Shown here: one piece after another, positions 20,302 through 27,641 of the stretch | Layout: the number at the start of each line of letters is the position of its first letter | Numbering within the stretch: position 1 is the stretch's first letter | DNA from: Methanobacteriota archaeon | Lineage (GTDB): Archaea > Thermoplasmatota > Poseidoniia > Poseidoniales > Poseidoniaceae | Length of the DNA: 27,641 nt | NCBI GenBank assembly: GCA_011522915.1 | Contig: WTIA01000154.1 | Span: forward strand, 1 to 27,641 | Direction: 5' to 3' | Program-made: the position numbers and the translations under genes | The notes under the pieces: generated by a model | What the model was told of the DNA's origin: nothing | Database searches by the model: none | Seen by the model: the letters and a program-made list of their open reading frames with translations, nothing else

Positions 20302-20412
20302 ATGACTCCCTCGATGCTTTAGAAGCAAGTCGCCGACCGACCACCCTGTTATGAAGGCACCGACGCGAGCAATGTGGGAATCGCGTCGGAGTGTCGCGTT
20401 TTTTTCGCTTTT

Positions 20413-20883
20413 TCACTCAAACAAAATTTCGCCCTTTGCATCCAGTAATTCTACCGTTAATCCTGCTGCGCGAGCCTGGATTAGAATGTCATTGTGTAGC
20501 GTGTCAGAGAAGTCATCTAATGCTTCCAGTGATGTGATTGATGCGACATCTGTAAGTTGGTCAATTAGGTGGTTTAGTACACAAGATACGCCGTATGCTT
20601 GGCCTGCCCTAAAGGCATGGTCTACTCCTCCAACTTCTGGATCCTCAGCTTTCATTCTCAGCATTACCTGCTGTGAGTATGCAACTAGTGCTCCATAAAT
20701 CGATTCGATAATTTGTGCCGCTTCCAAATCGGTTAGCAATAATTGAGCATTTGATAATGCTGCTCTTACCGCTGTACCGTAGGTTCTGTGTGCTTCAATC
20801 GTGTTAGATCCTTCTTGCATCATTGCTTGGTCGATGAGACTTTTCCAATCGTTCATGGTATACCCACAACGTATCAGCCTCAT
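20413..20883 (-). CDS. Hypothetical protein (about 147-156 aa), mostly predicted helical, with no recognisable family
   Basis: This is an ORF on the same strand as all its neighbours, and the opposite-strand ORF 20351-20698 looks like its shadow. Possible starts are the ATG at 20883 (AGGT 4 nt upstream) or the ATG at 20856 (MNDWKSLIDQ...). I recognise no motifs. Confidence 0.55.
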   Translation of the reverse strand: MRLIRCGYTMNDWKSLIDQAMMQEGSNTIEAHRTYGTAVRAALSNAQLLLTDLEAAQIIESIYGALVAYSQQVMLRMKAEDPEVGGVDHAFRAGQAYGVSCVLNHLIDQLTDVASITSLEALDDFSDTLHNDILIQARAAGLTVELLDAKGEILFE

Positions 20884-20896
20884 CAAACCTGCGCCG

Positions 20897-20945
20897 ACTG
20901 ATGGGCAAAGCCGAGTTATTGCTCGGCTTTGCCCTTAGCATCAGT
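20897..20945. other. Long imperfect stem-loop: a 13-bp perfect inner stem plus a 6-bp outer stem, immediately after the giant gene's stop codon
   Basis: The inner stem GGGCAAAGCCGAG (20903-20915) pairs with CTCGGCTTTGCCC (20922-20934) across a 6-nt loop. The outer stem ACTGAT (20897-20902) pairs with ATCAGT (20940-20945) across a 5-nt bulge. The stop codon of the upstream gene is at 20951-20949. No oligo-T tract follows on the coding (minus) strand. Confidence 0.6.
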
Positions 20946-20948
20946 TTT

Positions 20949-23900
20949 TCAAATCTTAAAGTTTGAATTATCGGCGTTATCATCGATTCCTGCCTGCTTC
21001 ACAGTTCCGTCAGCAGCAATAAATTCTCCAGCCTTTGTCAAGTTGCCATACAACTTAGATTCGTGATCATCGGTTCTAGTAATCATTCCGCCATCACCTA
21101 ACGCAAGTGCTAGGCTCTTGGTGATTTCATTCAGAGTTGCAATCGCCCGGTCGCGATGGCTTGGTCCGATATCGTGATCAGAGTAACGTGCTTCTTCGAA
21201 TATAGCTACGAATGCATCCAATTGGTCTGCAGGGACCATGTGGAATGCACCACGGACAGCGCTCTCGAATTCACGTGTTGTCTCGTATACCTTCTTCATG
21301 AATCCGTGTCGGCGGAAGTGCTTGACTAACTGCTTGTAACAGTCGAAGATGATTGCAATGTACTCGTTAGCAGCCTGCAGCTGTAGCATTGTATCGGTTA
21401 GGATACCTCGCAGAGCCTCGACTTGGCGCCTTGCGACAACTCTCTGATAGTACATCACACCAGCTAATGCTGCCCCTAATAGAACAATGATTAGCGCCAT
21501 AATTGTGGTTGGCGTGAATATTCCTTCGCTTTGGTCACCTAGAGTGCTTGCACGGTAGTGTATCTCGTGAGTGATGTTATCTGTAGATTCTGCGAAGAAT
21601 GTTGAACCTGGATAATAGGCCTTTATTCTCCAATCTCCAGAACATGGCTCTCCTTCACAGGTCTTGCCAGCGAATGCCCAATCAAATGAAGCAATTCCTT
21701 GCTCGTTTGTATAGGATTCATTGCGCCCTTCTACAACCCACTCCAATGATTCTGAGTCCCAATACTCTCTAATGAAGAAGATCTCTTCATTTTCAATCGC
21801 TAAGTCTAGTCTATCACGCAGTAGTGCAACTTCGCCGTGAACGTTGTCATCGGTATCCAGGCCGTTGTTATTCACGTGTGACCAAGATTCCTTAATCTGC
21901 AGGTCGATTCTGCTTCTTACTAAGACTACTATATCCATGTGAGAGCCATTCAACACGTTGCTGGTATCCTTGTCACAGCCGCCCGGTACGTTGACATCTG
22001 GCTCAAACGCAACTCTCAGCAACCGGAATCCTTCCAACTCTCCACCTGTGGTCTCAACGCCCTTCAAGCCAGGATTCTGACTTGGGTCGCCACTGAACCA
22101 TTCAACCATGCCATCTGATTCTCTAGTGAAAATACTAGACAATGGGCGAACGTTCTTCTGTGGGTCGAGGTAGATATTCAGACACTTTCCACCAACGTAT
22201 TGGCCGTTGGATTGTGTCAGAATGGCATCGATGTGGAAGCTTTCCTTGAGGTAAAGCACAGGGAATGCTGTACCATTATTTGGTGCAACGAAGGTCTCAA
22301 CGCTGGACTTGAACGGCCCTACTTCAGCAATCTGAAGAGTTGAGTTGCTAAATACGTCGAACTCTGTTTGTACAGTCTTATTCTGGTAACGATATGCATC
22401 GTTGTTATCCCAAGCAGAGTATGTTACAGAGACTCTCGCCTTTCCAGCTAATACGTCAGATAGTGGACATGTAATTGCGAATCTACCGTCTATGTCTGTG
22501 ATTCCGTTGTAACAAGCAACCGGTCCTGCAGGGCTGTTTACCATCTCGTAATTTACACGAATGTTCCTGTAAGTCAGGTTTGTTCCAAGTTCATCCATCA
22601 GCTGTCCTGTGACAATCATTGGCTTTGGAACGACCTCTCCGGTCAGCGGGTCTATCTCACTAGTGTAGACAATCTGGTCATCAACTTCCATGGAAGTTCT
22701 ACCGATTAGAGAGAATCCGTTTGCATTGTATGCCATTTGTACTCTGAAGTGGTCGTTTCCGATGGTGTCAACACATGGATCCCACTTTCCTTGAAGGGAC
22801 AGATATTCAACCTCTAGGATTTCACAGCCTTCATTTGGTAGTGTCTCACGGAATCTTAGGTACACTGAAACCGGTCCAAATCCGTCAGGTAGGAAACTGT
22901 CAGGGTCGTCACGTAGCAACTGTGGATTGAGTGGCGAGACGTTAGCCTTCAAACACCCAATCGACTCTGAGTCATCGAGTTGTCCGTTTCCATTGGAGTC
23001 ACGGTCAGGGATTTGGTCTCCGTTTCCATCATAGAAACATAGGTGGCTACCGTCAACCTGTGGCTCAGGAAGAGAAATCAAACCTGCGTTTGGTTCGAGG
23101 GTTGCAACGACCTGTCTATGCAACACGCCATCGAAGTCTAGACCTTCGTAAATTACGTCAACAAGTCCACCATTTGGTGAATTCGAACCGCTCAGTTCAC
23201 GACCTCCAGAATCCTTAATTGATGCTGTTTTGTTGTCATCGGTGACTTGGGCTGTGAAATCCCATCTGTCACCAGACTGTCGGATATTTTCATCTGCGGT
23301 AACTACGCTAACATAAGTTCTCGAAACTACCCAGACGCTCTGGCTGTCGATATTGCCTTTCATCAGACGGTTTCCTTCAAACTCAAACTGTAGTGAGTAA
23401 TTACCTAGAGAATCTTCTGGGTTGATCTCAAATGGAATTGAGAAAGTACCAAGGTCGTCTGTGTAATTGACTCCGCTTCTACCATCATAAGACCAGCTCC
23501 AGGTTACTGGTGCTTGTCGCAGTGGTTGGAGTGAGTTATCCAATAGTCTTGCCTCGATCACAGTAGTTGTGTTTCTGTAGAGTCTTGGTAAACTGGTCAT
23601 TTGGAACTGGGTTGTTCCAACGACTGATACGTTGATGTATGCACCAGTGGCAGCCAAATTAGTTGAGTTCCCAGTGAAGTAGTACGCGTTGTTAGTGAAG
23701 TCAACACGTACACCATAGGTTCCTGCAGTATACTGGCTATACCAGGTCCAATTGTACTCAAAGGTAGCTTCTCCGTCCTTCATTATTGGACGCTGTGTAA
23801 ACGCTGTCTCTTGGCTTCCCATAAATTGACCATTACCGTCGATATCAACTTGCAAAGCGATTGGGTCTTGGTCCCAAGCATCGTTTGTTCTATTGGTTAC

Positions 23901-26900
23901 AGTTCCCCTGACACCGAATGTTTCTCCTGTGTTCATTTCAGGAACTATCTCACAGCGAACCGGGCTTTGTGGATCTGCTGGATTCACTTGGCCACAAGGT
24001 GGAAGGTCGCTATCTCCACCGTTGACTAAAGATATGAACCAATGAGTAGTGTTCACATCCAAGAAATTACGGAGGTTAATCGCTTCCCCTGGCAAATTAT
24101 CAGGGATTCCGTCCCACAAACTCGGATATGGCCGGAGTACCTTTGCTTCTTCAAAGGTTACACCTGCGGCATTCAATGCTTGCTGGTGGAACAGCGTTGC
24201 CCAATTTCCGAATGTACCATCTCCATTGTTGATAGTACCGTCCCAGTAGTAAACCGCTGATAATCCACTGACAATCAATTCTCCTTCGATGTTCATGCGG
24301 TGCATAACTCTCACAGAGAACGGGTCAGATGAGTCGCCGTGCAGGTATGGGAATGGCCATTCACTTGCTAATTCAGGAAGTACCGATGCAGTGATTTCAA
24401 TATCACCTGCTGGCAAACTTGTATTCGTGTAATCATATCTCATAGGCAATCCAGAAGTACTGTTAATCAAAACATCGTGAGTTTTTGTCAAATCGTTCCA
24501 AACGATTTCTTCGTATCCTCCAGGAATTTGCCCTGGGCCATTATCCATAGTAGAGTTCCATTGTACTTGCTTCCAAGTTCCGTTAGCACCTAAGTCCTGT
24601 ACGAACGTCAAAGATGCCCAGCCGTTACTGTCTGTTCTGTATCCATCATTGTTGAATCCAGAGAAGTTAGATGGGTTTGTTCTGTTTCCGAATAGTCCAC
24701 CAGTAATTTCGAAACTGATTGGTGAATGGATGATTCTGTTGTCATACAATCCACGAGTCCAGTCTGCATCATAATGGGCCTTGAAATCAAGCCAGAACGG
24801 TTGTTCGTCGCTTCTAAAGTAGGTCCAAGCAGAATAATCCACTGTCATGTTGGCTTCAGCACCAACCAAGTAGGATTGAGAGCGGTTGCCATTGAATGCA
24901 AACATCTCTGTAACCTCTGCATATACTCGATAGGTCTGGTTATCTCCTACAACAAGGTCCTCTGGGAACAAGAATTGTCCTACGGTGAAGTTACCAAATG
25001 CGTTGGTAATTACGTCAACAGTTTCTATTGCTGTTGTGTTATTTCCTGTCCACTCTATGTGGACTTGAACTGGAAGTCCTGGTGCTACTTCTTGAGTTTG
25101 AGTGACTGGGTTAATCCATTGTACTTGACCTCTAAAGATCGCAGGGCTTTGTGCATCGAGCCATAGTTTATCTGGAATATCCATTGTGATGTAGGTTGGA
25201 GCCTTATCGTCTGCATCCAATTTACAGTTGTTATCGCTATCCCAATCGCTTGATTGTGCCCCTCCAGAACAAGGGTCTGAAGTATATCCTTCTTCCAAAT
25301 GGTCGTGGTCGGCATCTTCTCTAGAGTCGTTATCGTCATCGTTGTCAATAGCATCCGGTCCTGTTGAAGGGTCGTTCGGATTAGCGATGCCTACTCCGCC
25401 ACCAAAATCATCGTGATCCCATGGATTGGTTGATTCTGAGTCAAAGCGCAATGGCCACAAAAGAACCTCGTCTTCGTCGTGCATTCCGTCTTCATCATCA
25501 TCAACGTCGATGTCGTCACGCGTTCCGTCGTTGTCGTGGTCGAATGGAGCGGTTAGTGAAACTTGAGCCTCAACAAGATTTGCAATTCCATCTCCGTCAA
25601 AGTCATCATCAGCCCAATCTACGATTCCATCATTGTCATGGTCGAATGGTGATTGTTCTTCACCAGAGAAACATCCCGCAATCAATTCTTGGGCTTCGTC
25701 TAGAATTCCGTTGTTGTCATCATCAGGGTCTTCAGAGTCAGGAACTCCATCGTTGTCGTTGTCAACGTCATAGAATTTTGGTGATTTTAGGCCTTGAGTC
25801 ATTACACCCTTGTCCCAAACAGCTTGGAACCAACCGTCTCCATCCACGTCCTGATCGTTTCCGTCATCGTCCTTGTCATCACAGTTCGTTCCTACGAAGA
25901 ATGCTGTGCCGTAATCTTGATTGGCATCATCGTCTAAGTCGTCATTGGTATCGACCTCGAAGAAATCCCAAATTCCATCGTTGTCGTCATCTACATCATT
26001 CCAATCGTAAATGGCGTCATAATCTTCATCTAAGTCAACGGTATTGTTTGTGAAATCTCCATCGACGTCACCGTCTTCTGAATTCTTAATCAAGTCGGCT
26101 CCTAATTCATCAGGGAATCCAACTGTGTTTGCGTTACCGGTGTCATCGAAGTTCCATTGCCATGCGCCTGTAGCTAGACCAATCCATGTCAGGAATGCGT
26201 CTCTATTGTCTTGAATTTGCGTGTATGATAGTGCGCTTTCTACGTCACCATCTCCGCCGAAATCATAGTGGTAACATCCACCCTGGGCGCCGGAAGTACA
26301 AGTCCAATCCGTACCACCCTGTACCTTACCGCCGCTTCCCTGGTCAAAGCTCCAATCAGGCCTGGTGGAGTATGGGGAGCCGAAGTTTGCGTTCGTTCCA
26401 GTTAATGGCATGTGGTAAGCAATAGCGTATGCATACCCACAAGTGAAACCTGAGCCGAGTTGGCCAACAGTCATACCACATTGTGTTAGGTTCATTGTAC
26501 CGCCCATCTTCAAGTCGTTAACGTCCATTAGACCGTCGTTACCTTCGTCTTGATCCCACCAATCTGGCATACCGTCTGCGTCTTGGTCCGTATCCAAACC
26601 GTTGATTAGGGAGTCACCATCTGCATCGATATCCCATTCATTACCACCGTTATAAGATGACCAACGAGTGAACATAAACCAGTAGAATTCTGGTACGTCG
26701 CCTCCTGTTGGTGGGTTTGTAGTTGCATCAAATCCGTTGTAATTTAGTACAACATCAGAGAATGGGTTTGCACCCCACACTAGGGCCCAGTAGTTATCCA
26801 TGTTGTCAGAATAATCTTGGCTGTCTGCGCTACCATCTAAGTCCCCTCCATCGCCGATTGGATAGTATGGGGTTGCGAAAGCGTCAGTACCATCGAAATC

Positions 26901-27641
26901 GACAACTCCACAATTGCCGTCATCAGGGTCGTACAAATCGTTCAGTCCATCGTTATCGTCATCCCAGTCAATATCGTTGGAAAGGCCATCTCCATCGATA
27001 TCTGAATCTACGTCATTAGGTCCATCGTCTCTGTAAAGAGAACCATTGATCTGATGGAATACTGCATCGTTGTCAAGATCGCAGTCCCAGTCGATGTCAA
27101 TAATGTCGATAATTCCGTCTCCGTCGTCGTCAATGTCGTCCCAGTTCGAAATTCCATCTCCGTCCCAATCATTGAACTGAGAGTAAGATGCCCTTTCTGT
27201 CAAACATCTAGGGTCTGGATTTTGCGGATTTGGATTAGCTGGTGACATACATGTTGCAATCCAAGACTCTGAGTTCTGGGAAAGAGGATATGTGTCGTTT
27301 TCGTTCTCGATTTGGTCGTTATCGATGTCGTATGCGAAGTCTGTTGCGATTAGTAGTGTGTTGACTGCATCGTCAGGAGTAGGAGTTCCTCCCATGTCAT
27401 ATCGAGGGTCGTAGACGTAATCTGGATTTGGTGCGCCGTTGATAAACTCGGGTTCGCCGTTGTATCCATCGTCCAGCCAGTCCCAAATTCCGTTGTAATT
27501 CTGGTCGAACGGTCGGAACCTGTCATCGTCAAGGTCCGAGTCATAATCGAGTTCACAGTCTTGTCCTGGAGTGTTATCGGTATCTGCACCTGGTGTTTGG
27601 TAAGGCGATGAATTGAGAAGTGTGTAATCGTTTAGGCCATC
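20949..27641 (-). CDS. Giant surface protein (more than 2230 aa; the N-terminus lies beyond the right window edge): TSP3-like Ca-binding repeat region, many beta-sandwich domains, a TM helix and a DUF4129-like cytoplasmic tail
   Basis: The track starts this ORF at an internal Met (27395). I translated the same frame from 27641 downward (DGLNDYTLLNSSPYQTPGADTDNTPGQDCELDYDSDLDDDRFRPFDQNYNGIWDWLDDGYNGEPEFINGAPNPDYVYDPRYDMGGTPTP...) and found no stop, so the gene continues off-window. Dozens of DxDxDGxxDxxD-type repeats are present (DWDGDGISNWDD, DDDGDGIIDIID, DIDGDGLSNDID, DTDQDADGMPDWWD and others). The middle part is about 1200 aa of Ig/prealbumin-like segments. The TM helix is IFTPTTIMALIIVLLGAALAGVM. 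The 167-aa tail contains KKVYETTREFESAVRG...LDAFVAIFEEARYSDHDI. Confidence 0.92.
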   Translation of the reverse strand, partial: DGLNDYTLLNSSPYQTPGADTDNTPGQDCELDYDSDLDDDRFRPFDQNYNGIWDWLDDGYNGEPEFINGAPNPDYVYDPRYDMGGTPTPDDAVNTLLIATDFAYDIDNDQIENENDTYPLSQNSESWIATCMSPANPNPQNPDPRCLTERASYSQFNDWDGDGISNWDDIDDDGDGIIDIIDIDWDCDLDNDAVFHQINGSLYRDDGPNDVDSDIDGDGLSNDIDWDDDNDGLNDLYDPDDGNCGVVDFDGTDAFATPYYPIGDGGDLDGSADSQDYSDNMDNYWALVWGANPFSDVVLNYNGFDATTNPPTGGDVPEFYWFMFTRWSSYNGGNEWDIDADGDSLINGLDTDQDADGMPDWWDQDEGNDGLMDVNDLKMGGTMNLTQCGMTVGQLGSGFTCGYAYAIAYHMPLTGTNANFGSPYSTRPDWSFDQGSGGKVQGGTDWTCTSGAQGGCYHYDFGGDGDVESALSYTQIQDNRDAFLTWIGLATGAWQWNFDDTGNANTVGFPDELGADLIKNSEDGDVDGDFTNNTVDLDEDYDAIYDWNDVDDDNDGIWDFFEVDTNDDLDDDANQDYGTAFFVGTNCDDKDDDGNDQDVDGDGWFQAVWDKGVMTQGLKSPKFYDVDNDNDGVPDSEDPDDDNNGILDEAQELIAGCFSGEEQSPFDHDNDGIVDWADDDFDGDGIANLVEAQVSLTAPFDHDNDGTRDDIDVDDDEDGMHDEDEVLLWPLRFDSESTNPWDHDDFGGGVGIANPNDPSTGPDAIDNDDDNDSREDADHDHLEEGYTSDPCSGGAQSSDWDSDNNCKLDADDKAPTYITMDIPDKLWLDAQSPAIFRGQVQWINPVTQTQEVAPGLPVQVHIEWTGNNTTAIETVDVITNAFGNFTVGQFLFPEDLVVGDNQTYRVYAEVTEMFAFNGNRSQSYLVGAEANMTVDYSAWTYFRSDEQPFWLDFKAHYDADWTRGLYDNRIIHSPISFEITGGLFGNRTNPSNFSGFNNDGYRTDSNGWASLTFVQDLGANGTWKQVQWNSTMDNGPGQIPGGYEEIVWNDLTKTHDVLINSTSGLPMRYDYTNTSLPAGDIEITASVLPELASEWPFPYLHGDSSDPFSVRVMHRMNIEGELIVSGLSAVYYWDGTINNGDGTFGNWATLFHQQALNAAGVTFEEAKVLRPYPSLWDGIPDNLPGEAINLRNFLDVNTTHWFISLVNGGDSDLPPCGQVNPADPQSPVRCEIVPEMNTGETFGVRGTVTNRTNDAWDQDPIALQVDIDGNGQFMGSQETAFTQRPIMKDGEATFEYNWTWYSQYTAGTYGVRVDFTNNAYYFTGNSTNLAATGAYINVSVVGTTQFQMTSLPRLYRNTTTVIEARLLDNSLQPLRQAPVTWSWSYDGRSGVNYTDDLGTFSIPFEINPEDSLGNYSLQFEFEGNRLMKGNIDSQSVWVVSRTYVSVVTADENIRQSGDRWDFTAQVTDDNKTASIKDSGGRELSGSNSPNGGLVDVIYEGLDFDGVLHRQVVATLEPNAGLISLPEPQVDGSHLCFYDGNGDQIPDRDSNGNGQLDDSESIGCLKANVSPLNPQLLRDDPDSFLPDGFGPVSVYLRFRETLPNEGCEILEVEYLSLQGKWDPCVDTIGNDHFRVQMAYNANGFSLIGRTSMEVDDQIVYTSEIDPLTGEVVPKPMIVTGQLMDELGTNLTYRNIRVNYEMVNSPAGPVACYNGITDIDGRFAITCPLSDVLAGKARVSVTYSAWDNNDAYRYQNKTVQTEFDVFSNSTLQIAEVGPFKSSVETFVAPNNGTAFPVLYLKESFHIDAILTQSNGQYVGGKCLNIYLDPQKNVRPLSSIFTRESDGMVEWFSGDPSQNPGLKGVETTGGELEGFRLLRVAFEPDVNVPGGCDKDTSNVLNGSHMDIVVLVRSRIDLQIKESWSHVNNNGLDTDDNVHGEVALLRDRLDLAIENEEIFFIREYWDSESLEWVVEGRNESYTNEQGIASFDWAFAGKTCEGEPCSGDWRIKAYYPGSTFFAESTDNITHEIHYRASTLGDQSEGIFTPTTIMALIIVLLGAALAGVMYYQRVVARRQVEALRGILTDTMLQLQAANEYIAIIFDCYKQLVKHFRRHGFMKKVYETTREFESAVRGAFHMVPADQLDAFVAIFEEARYSDHDIGPSHRDRAIATLNEITKSLALALGDGGMITRTDDHESKLYGNLTKAGEFIAADGTVKQAGIDDNADNSNFKI

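Noticed and set aside
18948-20354. ORFs 18948-19211 (-), 19247-19501 (+), 19850-20305 (+) and 20052-20354 (+)
   Set aside because: They overlap the highly conserved rps9, rpl13 and rpl18e reading frames in other frames or on the other strand, and have no motifs of their own.
20861-20890. UGAUGA...CUGA (C/D-box-like) sequence on the minus strand near 20885-20868
   Set aside because: The two boxes are only 3 nt apart, with no room for a guide region and no C'/D' boxes. The sequence is better explained as the start region (TTG ATG AGG CTG ATA...) of the 157-aa ORF.
25421-26053. 210-aa His/Arg/Cys-rich ORF on the + strand; similar ORFs occur at 14158-14457, 26186-26425, 26723-27019 and 27054-27245
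   Set aside because: These are antisense translations of the GAT/GAC-rich TSP3-repeat coding sequence. ATC/GTC read on the opposite strand gives low-complexity H/R-rich strings. They are shadow ORFs, not metal-binding proteins.
27350-27589. 79-aa minus-strand ORF, and the internal Met at 27395 as the start of the giant gene
   Set aside because: The giant gene's frame stays open from 27395 up to the window edge at 27641. The upstream residues continue the same acidic repeat style. The 79-aa ORF is in a different frame within that coding region.
1-27641. CRISPR arrays, IS elements or transposases, rRNA genes, toxin-antitoxin pairs
   Set aside because: I saw no regularly spaced direct repeats in any intergenic region, and all spacers are 111 nt or shorter. 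No ORF has transposase, integrase or Cas motifs other than the stand-alone Cas4-like nuclease.

Overview
The window appears to be a compact archaeal chromosomal segment. The archaeal markers are RNA polymerase subunit N/Rpo10, ribosomal proteins L18e-L13-S9, a PAC2/PbaB-type proteasome chaperone, and TATA-like boxes about 25-30 nt upstream of start codons. It also carries several bacterial-type genes: NAD-dependent DNA ligase LigA, an ExoX/DnaQ-like exonuclease, an MsbA-like ABC exporter and a proteorhodopsin-type rhodopsin. This mix, together with several very large surface-protein genes, fits a marine planktonic euryarchaeon of the Marine Group II / Poseidoniales type. That assignment is an inference, not something I could demonstrate. 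About 57% of the bases encode five secreted or membrane-anchored proteins: a PKD lipoprotein (partial), a 367-aa and an 809-aa paralogous pair, a 1533-aa beta-helix protein, and a protein of more than 2230 aa (partial) rich in thrombospondin-type-3-like repeats. I called 21 genes, including one tRNA-Pro(GGG). Two of the coding regions run off the window edges and are missing or truncated in the supplied ORF track. I saw no CRISPR array, transposase, integrase or rRNA. The items most worth follow-up are: (i) a translationally coupled three-gene surface module whose two secreted paralogs begin with an unusual Cys-x(1/3)-Cys-His motif; (ii) a rhodopsin with Lys at the proton-donor position (DTK motif) and Met at the spectral-tuning position; (iii) a giant adhesin-like protein ending in a transmembrane helix plus a DUF4129-like cytoplasmic domain; (iv) a convergently overlapping pair made of a DEDDh exonuclease and a Cas4/AddB-like Fe-S nuclease; (v) a tRNA-Pro flanked by an 8-bp leader/trailer helix.
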